Virus record (IMG/VR): IMGVR_UViG_3300025093_001724
Span: 1-29,134 of that record
Source: a virus
Lineage: Duplodnaviria > Caudoviricetes
Length of the DNA stretch: 29,134 nt
Direction: 5' to 3' (one strand)
The position numbers and the translations under genes are program-made. Of the stretch, positions 1 to 7,355 are shown piece by piece; the first letter of the stretch is position 1, and the number at the start of each line of letters is the position of its first letter. Below the pieces are notes generated by a model that was not told the DNA's origin, did not search any database, and saw only the letters and a program-made list of their open reading frames with translations.

Positions 1-414
1 CTATTTGATCTGCTTTTTCTCTTCCGGAGAGATGAAGTAGATGTGCAGGTCGTAGTGGGGAATTTCGTACCCCTCGTGCCCTTCGGCTTCGAACGTCAGG
101 TCAACATGATTTATCGAGGGGAGGTCAGTCAGGCCGGAGAGCTCTGTCCATGATGTCCCGTTCATGAAGTCCTCTTGCGACATCATGTACTCGATGCAGA
201 CAACCTTGCCCTCGTGCACGCAGTAAATTGGCCCGAGCGGCAGATTTGCAGGGTTGGCCCAATGCTCTCCCATCATGGGAACGACATCGCTGATCTTCAC
301 GACATCTGAGGGCAGGACGCTTTGATCCGGCAATCCGCCGTGACCGTCTGCATAGGCACTGGATGAGAAAAGTGCTCCAGCCAACACAATACCGGCAATG
401 CTCTTGGTAACCAT
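1..414 (-). CDS. Secreted/periplasmic protein, DUF5602-like (His-rich, possibly metal binding); probably host gene
   Basis: Start taken at ATG 414 (MVTKSIAGIVLAGALFSSSAYA signal peptide, AxA cleavage); motifs MGEHW and GHEGYEIPHYDLHIY; lies outside the att site. Confidence 0.7.
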   Translation of the reverse strand: MVTKSIAGIVLAGALFSSSAYADGHGGLPDQSVLPSDVVKISDVVPMMGEHWANPANLPLGPIYCVHEGKVVCIEYMMSQEDFMNGTSWTELSGLTDLPSINHVDLTFEAEGHEGYEIPHYDLHIYFISPEEKKQIK

Positions 415-664
415 CTCCAACTTCCTCCCTTGGGATGAATTGTTGTTGTCAGGTGTAGAGAATGCGCTACGCAGGCCAGAATTATCCCAGCAGAAGTGGA
501 TGTCCGCTGCTGAGAGCAAGCATAGCCAGACACCACGCCGGAAGTGTAATACGCAACCCAACTACTAGCAACGACAGCTTTTCAGCGGGAACCTGGCTCC
601 AGGTCGCCAACAGCCGGCCAGTTTCCGGCACCCCGGGCCGAAACAGCGCACACCGCAAAACCAC

Positions 665-704
665 AAAAGGAAAACCCCAGCAACTCGGCTGAGTTACTGG
701 GGTT
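665..704 (-). terminator. Intrinsic terminator directly after the tRNA 3' remnant
   Basis: Minus strand AACCCCAGTAACTC-AGCC-GAGTTGCTGGGGTT followed by TTCCTTTT, starting 3 nt after ...GCAACCA. Confidence 0.8.
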
Positions 705-707
705 CTT

Positions 708-727
708 TGGTTGCGGGAGCGCGCAAC
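708..727. other. Prophage attachment site (duplicated 3' end of tRNA-fMet-like gene)
   Basis: Minus strand of 708-720 reads GCTCCCGCAACCA, matching the initiator tRNA 3' end (..GCCCCCGCAACCA) with no T-loop upstream; inverted repeat GTTGCG(710-715)/CGCAAC(722-727); tRNA-type terminator on host side. Confidence 0.75.
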
Positions 728-779
728 AATCGCACCCCCACATTCGTTCTCGCCGCTTAGTTGGGGGCACAAAGACTCG

Positions 780-1112
780 CTATAGCCTGACTTTTCTCCG
801 GGCCCTCCTGCCCTTCACATGCGGACGATCATCAGAAGGATTGGCCATCGTCAGCACTGCAGTGGGCGGACCGTCGGTGTAACCAGTGACCGGCTGCAGG
901 ATGATGCCCAGGTCTTTGCCCCCGCACGCTTGGCACCGGAGAAGCCTCACCAGCGGGTTTGGGTTGCCAACCGTCACAAAGTCAGAGCCGAGACGCTCAG
1001 CCAATGCCGGGAGGTCGAGATGCGCGTGATGGTGGCACCCATAGCCATGGCAATGGGCGGAGACTGAAAACCCGCCCTCTATGAGACTGCCGATGGTGTC
1101 GTAGCTGATCAT
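780..1112 (-). CDS. Small Zn-ribbon phage protein
   Basis: Start taken at ATG 1112 (MISYDT); CHGYGC..H and LRCQACGG cysteine pairs, basic C-tail. Confidence 0.7.
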   Translation of the reverse strand: MISYDTIGSLIEGGFSVSAHCHGYGCHHHAHLDLPALAERLGSDFVTVGNPNPLVRLLRCQACGGKDLGIILQPVTGYTDGPPTAVLTMANPSDDRPHVKGRRARRKVRL

Positions 1113-1149
1113 GGCCGGATGGAATATCGAAACCCGGCCGAGGGTCAAA

Positions 1150-1503
1150 TCACGGTCCGCCCATGAAGGCCTTTGCGGCCACATGCCCCACCCATCTGAT
1201 CCCCTCCAGGATCAGGCCGCCCATGAAGAGCCAAAATATGGCCAGCACCCACAACGCGCCTTTGGATCGTTCCAGCAGACTTCCGACGCGCATGAAGACC
1301 GGGCCCATCCGCGTGACGGTGCCCTCGACAGCCTCCATCCGGCCGGTCAAGAGCTGTGTGTCTCTGTCAACCTTCTCCAGTCGCTCATAGATTTTCGCCC
1401 TGCCTTCGGTTGATTGCTGGCCCTGCTGCTCGACAGTCTTGATGAGCGCATCGAGTTTGCCTTCGAGCCTTCCGATGGCCCGTTCGGAGTTCGTTTCCGT
1501 CAT
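1150..1503 (-). CDS. Lysis-cassette membrane protein (coiled coil plus C-terminal TM; DUF1515/XhlA-like)
   Basis: Start taken at ATG 1503 (MTETNSERAIGRLEGKLDAL); TM segment GALWVLAIFWLFMGGLIL; last gene of lysis cassette. Confidence 0.7.
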   Translation of the reverse strand: MTETNSERAIGRLEGKLDALIKTVEQQGQQSTEGRAKIYERLEKVDRDTQLLTGRMEAVEGTVTRMGPVFMRVGSLLERSKGALWVLAIFWLFMGGLILEGIRWVGHVAAKAFMGGP

Positions 1504-1562
1504 AGTCTGCCCTGATGATGTGGAGGTGGAGAGGGGGCGGAGACGCGGGCCGCCTGTGATGA

Positions 1563-1916
1563 TCAGCGCCGCACGAAGCTCTGCACGACGCCGACGCCGA
1601 AGCGCGAGAGTATGATCCAGCCTGCCCACTCATCGAGGGGCGGAGGCAATGCGGCAATGTCCCAGGCCTGGGGGAACGGTCCGCCCTGATGCCAAAGGAT
1701 GTTGTAGACGCATATCGCGCCCCACCAGAGCGCCAGCGGGCCGATAAAGCAGAAGTCGACATACCACGGCATGGCGACCCGATTCTGCAGCCAGGTCTTC
1801 ACCACATCTGCCTTGAGGCGTTCCCGGTCGCTTTCGGCGTCGATCTTCTTGTCGATCACGTCGAAAGCTCGCTGCACCACATTGCCTGTCAAGAAATTGA
1901 TGATCGCGGCCCACAT
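1563..1916 (-). CDS. Holin-like membrane protein
   Basis: N-terminal amphipathic helix, charged linker, two hydrophobic segments, LPPPLDEWAGWIILSRFG motif; 1-nt overlap with upstream gene. Confidence 0.65.
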   Translation of the reverse strand: MWAAIINFLTGNVVQRAFDVIDKKIDAESDRERLKADVVKTWLQNRVAMPWYVDFCFIGPLALWWGAICVYNILWHQGGPFPQAWDIAALPPPLDEWAGWIILSRFGVGVVQSFVRR

Positions 1917-2137
1917 TATGTGGCCAACCCTTTAGCCTTTGCCCAGGCATAGACCCGTTCGGTGATGCCGGCGATTGCCGCGCCACCGACAACTATGCCC
2001 CAATTGACCGCCTCGGTGATGATCTGGATGACGTCGGGGTCAGTGGCCAACTGGTCGGCCAGCTCCGGCGTGAACACCCCAGCACCAACCAGCACCCCGG
2101 CCAGATACCGCAGTGCAATGCGAATATACGGTCCCAT
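1916..2137 (-). CDS. Putative small holin (2 TM, Pam3 gp28-like)
   Basis: ATG 2137 with AGGAGGT SD; MGPYIRIALRYLAGVLVGAG...GIVVGGAAIAGITERVYAWAKAKG; directly follows endolysin. Confidence 0.75.
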   Translation of the reverse strand: MGPYIRIALRYLAGVLVGAGVFTPELADQLATDPDVIQIITEAVNWGIVVGGAAIAGITERVYAWAKAKGLAT

Positions 2138-2147
2138 GATGGACCTC

Positions 2148-3119
2148 CTATCGTTTGAAGATTGCGTTGATGATGGCCAGCAGAAGGGCCAGGAGCGGAT
2201 GCACGCGCCGTTCCGCTGCCTTGGGAGCCTCAGGCGCTTCATTGCCGCCCTTGGCCGCCAGAACTTCGGCAATGGCTCGCATCGTCTTGGGCCCCGCCTT
2301 GCCGTCGATGGTCAGGCCGTGGCCAGCCTGAAACAGCCGGACATTGGCATCGGTCTCGGAGCCGAACCGCCCATCGATGCCACTCTTGAAGACGAAGCCA
2401 AGAGCCTGCAGATCGGCCTGGAGCACCCGGACCGCCTCGCCCTTCATGCCGGCTTCGAGAATGACGGCGCCGACAGGCACGACGGACTTGCGCGGCAGAG
2501 CCTTGCCGGTGTCCGCATCGATGCCCTTGGCGTGCTTGACGAAGGCGGCCGCCAGTTTGGTGTGATAGCCGTGGGTGGCATAGCTCGACCCATTGTAGGC
2601 CTTCGCCGCCGGGCGCCAGCTTTCCGGATCGGTGAAGTCCTTGCCCCTGAGTTTTGCAGCCAGGCCCCACGACTTCAGCAGCGTCACCATGGCCAGGAGC
2701 TGTTCGCGCTCCCCCTGCTTCATGGTGGAGAACATGGCCTCGGCCGATGCGAAGCCGGCGGCCTCGTGGTTCTCACCGAGGATCTGGGGCAGGCCGTAAG
2801 AGGCAGAGCGAAAGCCCGGCTCACGAGCAATCCCGATGGCCTTCTCCAGCCGAAGATAGCTGTCGGCAGGATAGTTCCGCTTCCACTTGGCATAAGCCAG
2901 CCCGGCAGCCACTGCAGCGGCCCGGAGAGCGCCAGCGAGGTTCCGGTAGAACACATGGGGCTCGAACAGCATCTTGGGCCGGTTCTTGCTGTCGAAGCCC
3001 CTGCCCGCCGCCTCGACCTCAAGGAAGGCCAGCAGCACAGCCGTTTCAATGCCGAGCGCGCGCGCAGCATCGCCAACGTCGCCCTGTGCCAGGCGGCGTC
3101 CAGTCCCCACGAAGTTCAT
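2148..3119 (-). CDS. Endolysin: N-acetylmuramidase (DUF3380-like) plus peptidoglycan-binding domain
   Basis: VEAAGRGF, LFEPHVFY, SYGLPQILGENH, AKAYNG motifs; PG_binding_1-like LQADLQALGF..IDGRFGSET..FQAGHGLTIDGKAGPKT. Confidence 0.93.
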   Translation of the reverse strand: MNFVGTGRRLAQGDVGDAARALGIETAVLLAFLEVEAAGRGFDSKNRPKMLFEPHVFYRNLAGALRAAAVAAGLAYAKWKRNYPADSYLRLEKAIGIAREPGFRSASYGLPQILGENHEAAGFASAEAMFSTMKQGEREQLLAMVTLLKSWGLAAKLRGKDFTDPESWRPAAKAYNGSSYATHGYHTKLAAAFVKHAKGIDADTGKALPRKSVVPVGAVILEAGMKGEAVRVLQADLQALGFVFKSGIDGRFGSETDANVRLFQAGHGLTIDGKAGPKTMRAIAEVLAAKGGNEAPEAPKAAERRVHPLLALLLAIINAIFKR

Positions 3120-3144
3120 GGTTCACGTCCTATCGATGTGTTGG

Positions 3145-3175
3145 AAAAGAAAGAGGCGGCCCAGATGGACCGCCT
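3145..3175 (-). terminator. Putative intrinsic terminator upstream of endolysin
   Basis: Minus strand AGGCGGTCC-ATCT-GGGCCGCCT then CTTTCTTTT. Confidence 0.6.
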
Positions 3176-3208
3176 TGCATTGTTCAGTGATACGACTTGG
3201 CGCCGCGG

Positions 3209-3613
3209 CTATTCCGCAAGGTGGTCGGCCAGAACGCTCAGAAGATGACGAGTAGATCTGAAATCCCTGTCATCTTCATACGCGAGGTCGTACTCGCTCG
3301 GCAGGTTTGCCAGAACCAACTTCATCATCTCCGGGGAGGGGTTGCGCAGGCGCTGTACCACAGACGCCGAGTTCGCGATCCAGACGCTTTTAGCTTTTCT
3401 CTCTGCCTGGATTGCCTCAGCAATCGAGAGAACCGCTTCCGCCTCCCTCGCGCGTTCGAGATCACGTCCGCACCGGCCATCGTCTGACCAATCAACGTTC
3501 ATCTCGGCGACGATGACGATGGCTCTTTGCCAAATATCATCGTCAATCCCGGCAGGTGCTGGCCCCAATTCCTTCAACTTTATTCGTGTCATGAGGCTCG
3601 AAGAATGTTCCAC
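3209..3613 (-). CDS. Hypothetical protein (moron)
   Basis: 134-aa ORF, GTG start with GGAAGGGG SD, protein-like composition, followed by terminator. Confidence 0.6.
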   Translation of the reverse strand: MEHSSSLMTRIKLKELGPAPAGIDDDIWQRAIVIVAEMNVDWSDDGRCGRDLERAREAEAVLSIAEAIQAERKAKSVWIANSASVVQRLRNPSPEMMKLVLANLPSEYDLAYEDDRDFRSTRHLLSVLADHLAE

Positions 3614-3655
3614 TTTTTCCCCTTCCGATGACCGTCTCTAGCCTATCACGCCGCT

Positions 3656-3673
3656 ACTCCAGCGGGAATGCCC
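3656..3673. repeat. 18-bp direct repeat, copy 1 (ACTCCAGCGGGAATGCCC)
   Basis: Identical to 5240-5257. Confidence 0.9.
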
Positions 3674-3721
3674 GCCTTGCATGAGGTTTTAGGTGCGGAC
3701 TACTAATACCGGATCAATCGC

Positions 3722-3994
3722 ATGGGATCGGAACGCATGAAATCACTTCGGCAGGTTCTTGAAGCTGTCCATTCGGAAGGAGTGTATTCTTGGCCAGAAG
3801 GCCAGGAATGCCCGCTTGGCCCGATGGCTGACACCGCTTATGAGGCCGGTTACATCCAGCGCTCCGATGACGGAGCGGCTGGCGCGTTTGAATTTTACCG
3901 GCTGACCCGTCTGGGCCGGGAATATCTTGATCTACCGCCCACCATTGGTGACCGCCTCTTTTACGCGGTCCGTGGCATACTACTGCAGAACTAA
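3722..3994 (+). CDS. Small hypothetical protein, winged-helix-like (start may be 3737)
   Basis: AYEAGYIQ...FYRLTRLGREYL resembles a wHTH wing; co-oriented with methyltransferase. Confidence 0.6.
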   Translation: MGSERMKSLRQVLEAVHSEGVYSWPEGQECPLGPMADTAYEAGYIQRSDDGAAGAFEFYRLTRLGREYLDLPPTIGDRLFYAVRGILLQN

Positions 3995-4073
3995 CCCGCG
4001 AATACTTTCGCTAGACCAGTTGTATGTCAGTGATCTATGACTGCGCCATCCAAACGGAAATAAGAGGCTTACT

Positions 4074-4844
4074 ATGCAGGAAAAATGGCGCGAGTCCTGG
4101 ACCGAAACTGAGGGGGCCAAAGCCTATGGCGACTTGTTTTTCAAGCGCGCAACCAGCGAGCTTGGCGAGATGGAGAGCAGCAAGGCCGCCGCCGCACGAA
4201 TGCAGAAACTAGTTCGCACTGGCGATGTGGTTGCGGACGTAGGTTGCGGGGCTGGGCATTACCTAGTGAGCCTCCTAAAGGCTATCCCAGAGCCTTTCCA
4301 GTATCGCGGGATTGACGCAACCCCGTACTATGTTGACCTTGGCCAAAGAGCGTTTGCTGGCAATCCTTCCGTCCAGTTCAAACAAGGCGACATTTTTGAT
4401 CTCCCAATGGAAGATCGCTCGGTCGATGTCGCCATGTGCTGTAACGTTTTGCTGCATCTCCCGTCTGTTGCTCAACCATTAGCCGAGTTGATCCGCATTG
4501 CCCGTCGCCAGGTGCTAGTCCGCACCCTGATAGGTGAAACCAGCTTCGTCATAAAGCATGTTGATCCGCGCGAGGATGGCGCTGAATTTGAAGACGAAGA
4601 ACCCCGCGGGTTTCACTTTCTGAATATTTACAGCGAGCACTACCTTCGCCACCTCTTGGCGGGCAATAGCCGGGTCAAGGGTGTGCACATATCCCTCGAC
4701 AACGACTTCGACGCTTCGAAAATCGCGGACACTTCGAAGGCGTTGACGAATGCGTGGGATGCCACAAAGGTCGTGAATGGGATGCAGATCAGTGGCTACA
4801 TCGTCCAGCCGTGGTCTTGGCTGCTGGTTGAGTTAGCCGACTAG
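4074..4844 (+). CDS. Class I SAM-dependent methyltransferase
   Basis: Motif I VADVGCGAG, GID, GDIFDLPMEDRSVDVAMCCNVLLHL; AAGAGG SD. Confidence 0.92.
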   Translation: MQEKWRESWTETEGAKAYGDLFFKRATSELGEMESSKAAAARMQKLVRTGDVVADVGCGAGHYLVSLLKAIPEPFQYRGIDATPYYVDLGQRAFAGNPSVQFKQGDIFDLPMEDRSVDVAMCCNVLLHLPSVAQPLAELIRIARRQVLVRTLIGETSFVIKHVDPREDGAEFEDEEPRGFHFLNIYSEHYLRHLLAGNSRVKGVHISLDNDFDASKIADTSKALTNAWDATKVVNGMQISGYIVQPWSWLLVELAD

Positions 4845-4845
4845 C

Positions 4846-5102
4846 TTATCCCTCATGCCAGCCTGTAACATTGAGTTGGCTGTCGATGCGGTTAGCCTGC
4901 AAACTACCCCCGGTTGAAAACTCGAACTGGGGGTAGAATGAGAAGGCAATGTCGATAGCGGGAAAAACATAGGACCCGTTACCACTGGAGTTCTTCGGGT
5001 AAAGCCCGGTGTATTCTACGTGGTTGCCACCATCCATATCGAAATATTCCGCGACATGGCCAGTCGAGGCAGTGGACAAGGTCGCGGAGACGCATCACCG
5101 CT
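4846..5102 (-). pseudogene. Orphan tail-fibre C-terminal fragment, paralogous to the end of 7356-9260
   Basis: 77-aa ORF (4846-5079) aligns without gaps to the last 77 aa of the tail fibre, 21 identities by hand; no SD; in-frame stop at 5095-5097. Confidence 0.8.
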
Positions 5103-5237
5103 GGCCACCCACTATCAGGATCAGGCACCCGACATTTAGAGCAAACCTCATCCTCACCGTGGTTCGCGCAGGAATCAGGATGGCGAGTCGAAGCGAGAAA
5201 CGAGAACAGGATGGTTTCGGTCGTGTGATTTCCGATC

Positions 5238-7193
5238 TCACTCCAGCGGGAATGCCCAGACTATGCTGTTGCCAGTGTCTGCGACGTAGAGGTGATCGCC
5301 CAGCACGGCGGCGTCCTGCGGCAGGTTCATTGCCGAACCGTCTTCCGAGAACCCAAAGCGTCCCCCGGCAAACGTCGAAATGATGCCGTCAGGCGTAACC
5401 TTGCGGACTGCATTGTTGAATTCGTCCACAATGTAGACGTTGCCAGCTCCGTCCTCCGCCATCTGGCGAGGTGTATTCAACTTGGCCTCGGTCGCAAGGC
5501 CACCATCGCCGGAGTAGTCTCCGTGACCTTGATATGTGGTCCCCTTGATCGACCCAGCGAATGGAAAGGTCCGCCCCTCTGTGTCGATGCCCACCACGAC
5601 ATGATTGTAGGCATCAGCAATAAGGATCGTGCCGTCCTTACGAGTCAGAAGACCGGAAGGGTGATTGAGCGGCTGCCCCCTCGCTATCTCACCCGCCGTC
5701 CATTGCCCTGGCGCGCCCTGGCCCATGACGTTGGACACCGTGCCGTCCACCTCAAACCGCCAAATCGTGTGATGTGTCTGGTCAACTACGAGAAGACGCC
5801 CTTCCGCGTCGAAGGCCATGCCCCGCAACGACCCGAAGCGCGCATCTGAGAAGCTCTTTGCGTCAGTTGGGACGCCAGATGCTATGTCACCAGCGAAAAT
5901 CTCGACCCTATCGTTATCGACGCGCGCTATGCGGTAATTGGCTTCAGTTACCAGTATGTCGCCATTGGGAGCTGCGATCATGCCCGAGGGATATTGGAAG
6001 CTGAATTCGCTTGCCGACGCTGGCCCGTCATAACCCTGCACACCATCACCGGCCACCGAAGCCACAGCCCCGGCTTTAGGGTCGTATTCCATCACCCTTG
6101 GCGTGGCATTGTCTAGCATCAGAAGGCGTTCTCCGTCTGCCTCGATCGCTACGATCTTAAAGGACACACCATCTACATTGCCAAATTGTGCAGACACCTC
6201 ACCTGTGGCGGGATCAAACAGATAGACAGATTGCCGGTCGGTGTCCGTGACGAGGAGCTCGCCGTCAACAGTCAAAGACAAGTGCCCAATATTGGCGGTT
6301 GGGAAGGGAACTGTGACCACATCGACCCGACTAAGATCTGCAGGTACGTGCACTAGATCCGTATGGGCGCCCACCAGCCAACCGTGTTCATATGGCACGA
6401 TGCCACCGCCGAATCCTGCATTGTTTAAGCCCACAGAAGTGACTTGTCCCGCCTCTTCGATTCGCACCAACTGCTCTCCAGCGATGGCAAGGATTGCTCC
6501 ACCTTCGAGCCAGACGGCATCTCTAAAGTTGCCGAACTCGCTCGCCACTGCAAAGCTCCCCGGCACTTCGTTCCACCCTTCCGGCGAGCCGACAAAAAGC
6601 GCATTGGGCTCCAAGCTGTACTGCTGAGACTCACCCTGCCAGATCACGCGCGAAGCGGTAACCAGGAAGCGCCCCTGTTGAGCGTACAGTGAGGACAAAA
6701 GGTACTCCATCTCCCAAACGCGCCCGTCGTCGTGGATGTATGGCTGCGCTTGCGGCGGCTCGAACACAACTTCCGCAGGAGCTTGGCTAAGATCCCAGAC
6801 ACGAGCGTTGGCGGCGTCGAGTGCAAAAACAGACGCCCCATCTTTTGCAAGGTCCACAAATATACTCGGATGCTTGTCGCCCGGTGTGCCCGCCAAGACC
6901 GTCTCGGCGACACCTCCAAGGATGCGTTCAACGCTGAAACCCATCGCGTTCGCGACATAAATGGCGCCGTTGTCGGCTTGGACTGCCGCCTCTGGGTATG
7001 ACAGGGACATCATCTCAACCGGCTTTCTCGCCAAGCTCTTGCGTCCGGCTATGATCGTTGGGGCGTCCCGGTCGGGAATGGTGCCTGTCTGGATAAGAAT
7101 GGGTGAACGCACGATCTCGCCCACGGAATACAATGTGACCGAAATAACTACTGCCAATGCAACAAGTGCTAAGATGAGTGTCCGCTTCCCCAT
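5238..7193 (-). CDS. Exported/membrane-anchored NHL-repeat beta-propeller protein
   Basis: Start taken at ATG 7193; N-terminal hydrophobic LILALVALAVVISVTLY; NHL repeats e.g. YSGDGGLATEAKLNTPRQMAEDGAGNVYIVDEFNNAVRKV, LYVADTGN. Confidence 0.88.
   Translation of the reverse strand: MGKRTLILALVALAVVISVTLYSVGEIVRSPILIQTGTIPDRDAPTIIAGRKSLARKPVEMMSLSYPEAAVQADNGAIYVANAMGFSVERILGGVAETVLAGTPGDKHPSIFVDLAKDGASVFALDAANARVWDLSQAPAEVVFEPPQAQPYIHDDGRVWEMEYLLSSLYAQQGRFLVTASRVIWQGESQQYSLEPNALFVGSPEGWNEVPGSFAVASEFGNFRDAVWLEGGAILAIAGEQLVRIEEAGQVTSVGLNNAGFGGGIVPYEHGWLVGAHTDLVHVPADLSRVDVVTVPFPTANIGHLSLTVDGELLVTDTDRQSVYLFDPATGEVSAQFGNVDGVSFKIVAIEADGERLLMLDNATPRVMEYDPKAGAVASVAGDGVQGYDGPASASEFSFQYPSGMIAAPNGDILVTEANYRIARVDNDRVEIFAGDIASGVPTDAKSFSDARFGSLRGMAFDAEGRLLVVDQTHHTIWRFEVDGTVSNVMGQGAPGQWTAGEIARGQPLNHPSGLLTRKDGTILIADAYNHVVVGIDTEGRTFPFAGSIKGTTYQGHGDYSGDGGLATEAKLNTPRQMAEDGAGNVYIVDEFNNAVRKVTPDGIISTFAGGRFGFSEDGSAMNLPQDAAVLGDHLYVADTGNSIVWAFPLE
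5240..5257. repeat. 18-bp direct repeat, copy 2 (3' end of NHL gene)
   Basis: Identical to 3656-3673; encodes AFPLE on minus strand. Confidence 0.9.
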
Positions 7194-7355
7194 GCAAAAC
7201 CTTTCCAGCAATCCGCACAAGCGCTCCTATTATGGCTCAATCCATCCCCGCACAAGGATTGAACCTGCGCGCGCCGCTTCCAAAGGATTGCTCAGGAACC
7301 CCAACCAAAGCTCTCACCTGTTGAGCCGTGACAGTACCGATATTTCCGCCACCCG

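Noticed and set aside
700-790. Complete tRNA gene
   Set aside because: Only the last ~13 nt match; no GTTCRA T-loop, anticodon or D arm
1962-3248. Long + strand ORFs (428 aa here; also 20617-22197, 8142-9161 and others)
   Set aside because: Antisense shadows of well-supported minus-strand genes in high-GC DNA; no motifs
4074-4844. DNA methyltransferase / restriction-modification
   Set aside because: No DPPY/NPPY or PC catalytic motif and no nuclease partner
5110-5215. Short CAGGAT(GG) repeats as a mini-array or CRISPR
   Set aside because: Only 6-8 bp, irregular spacing, no cas genes; compatible with chance
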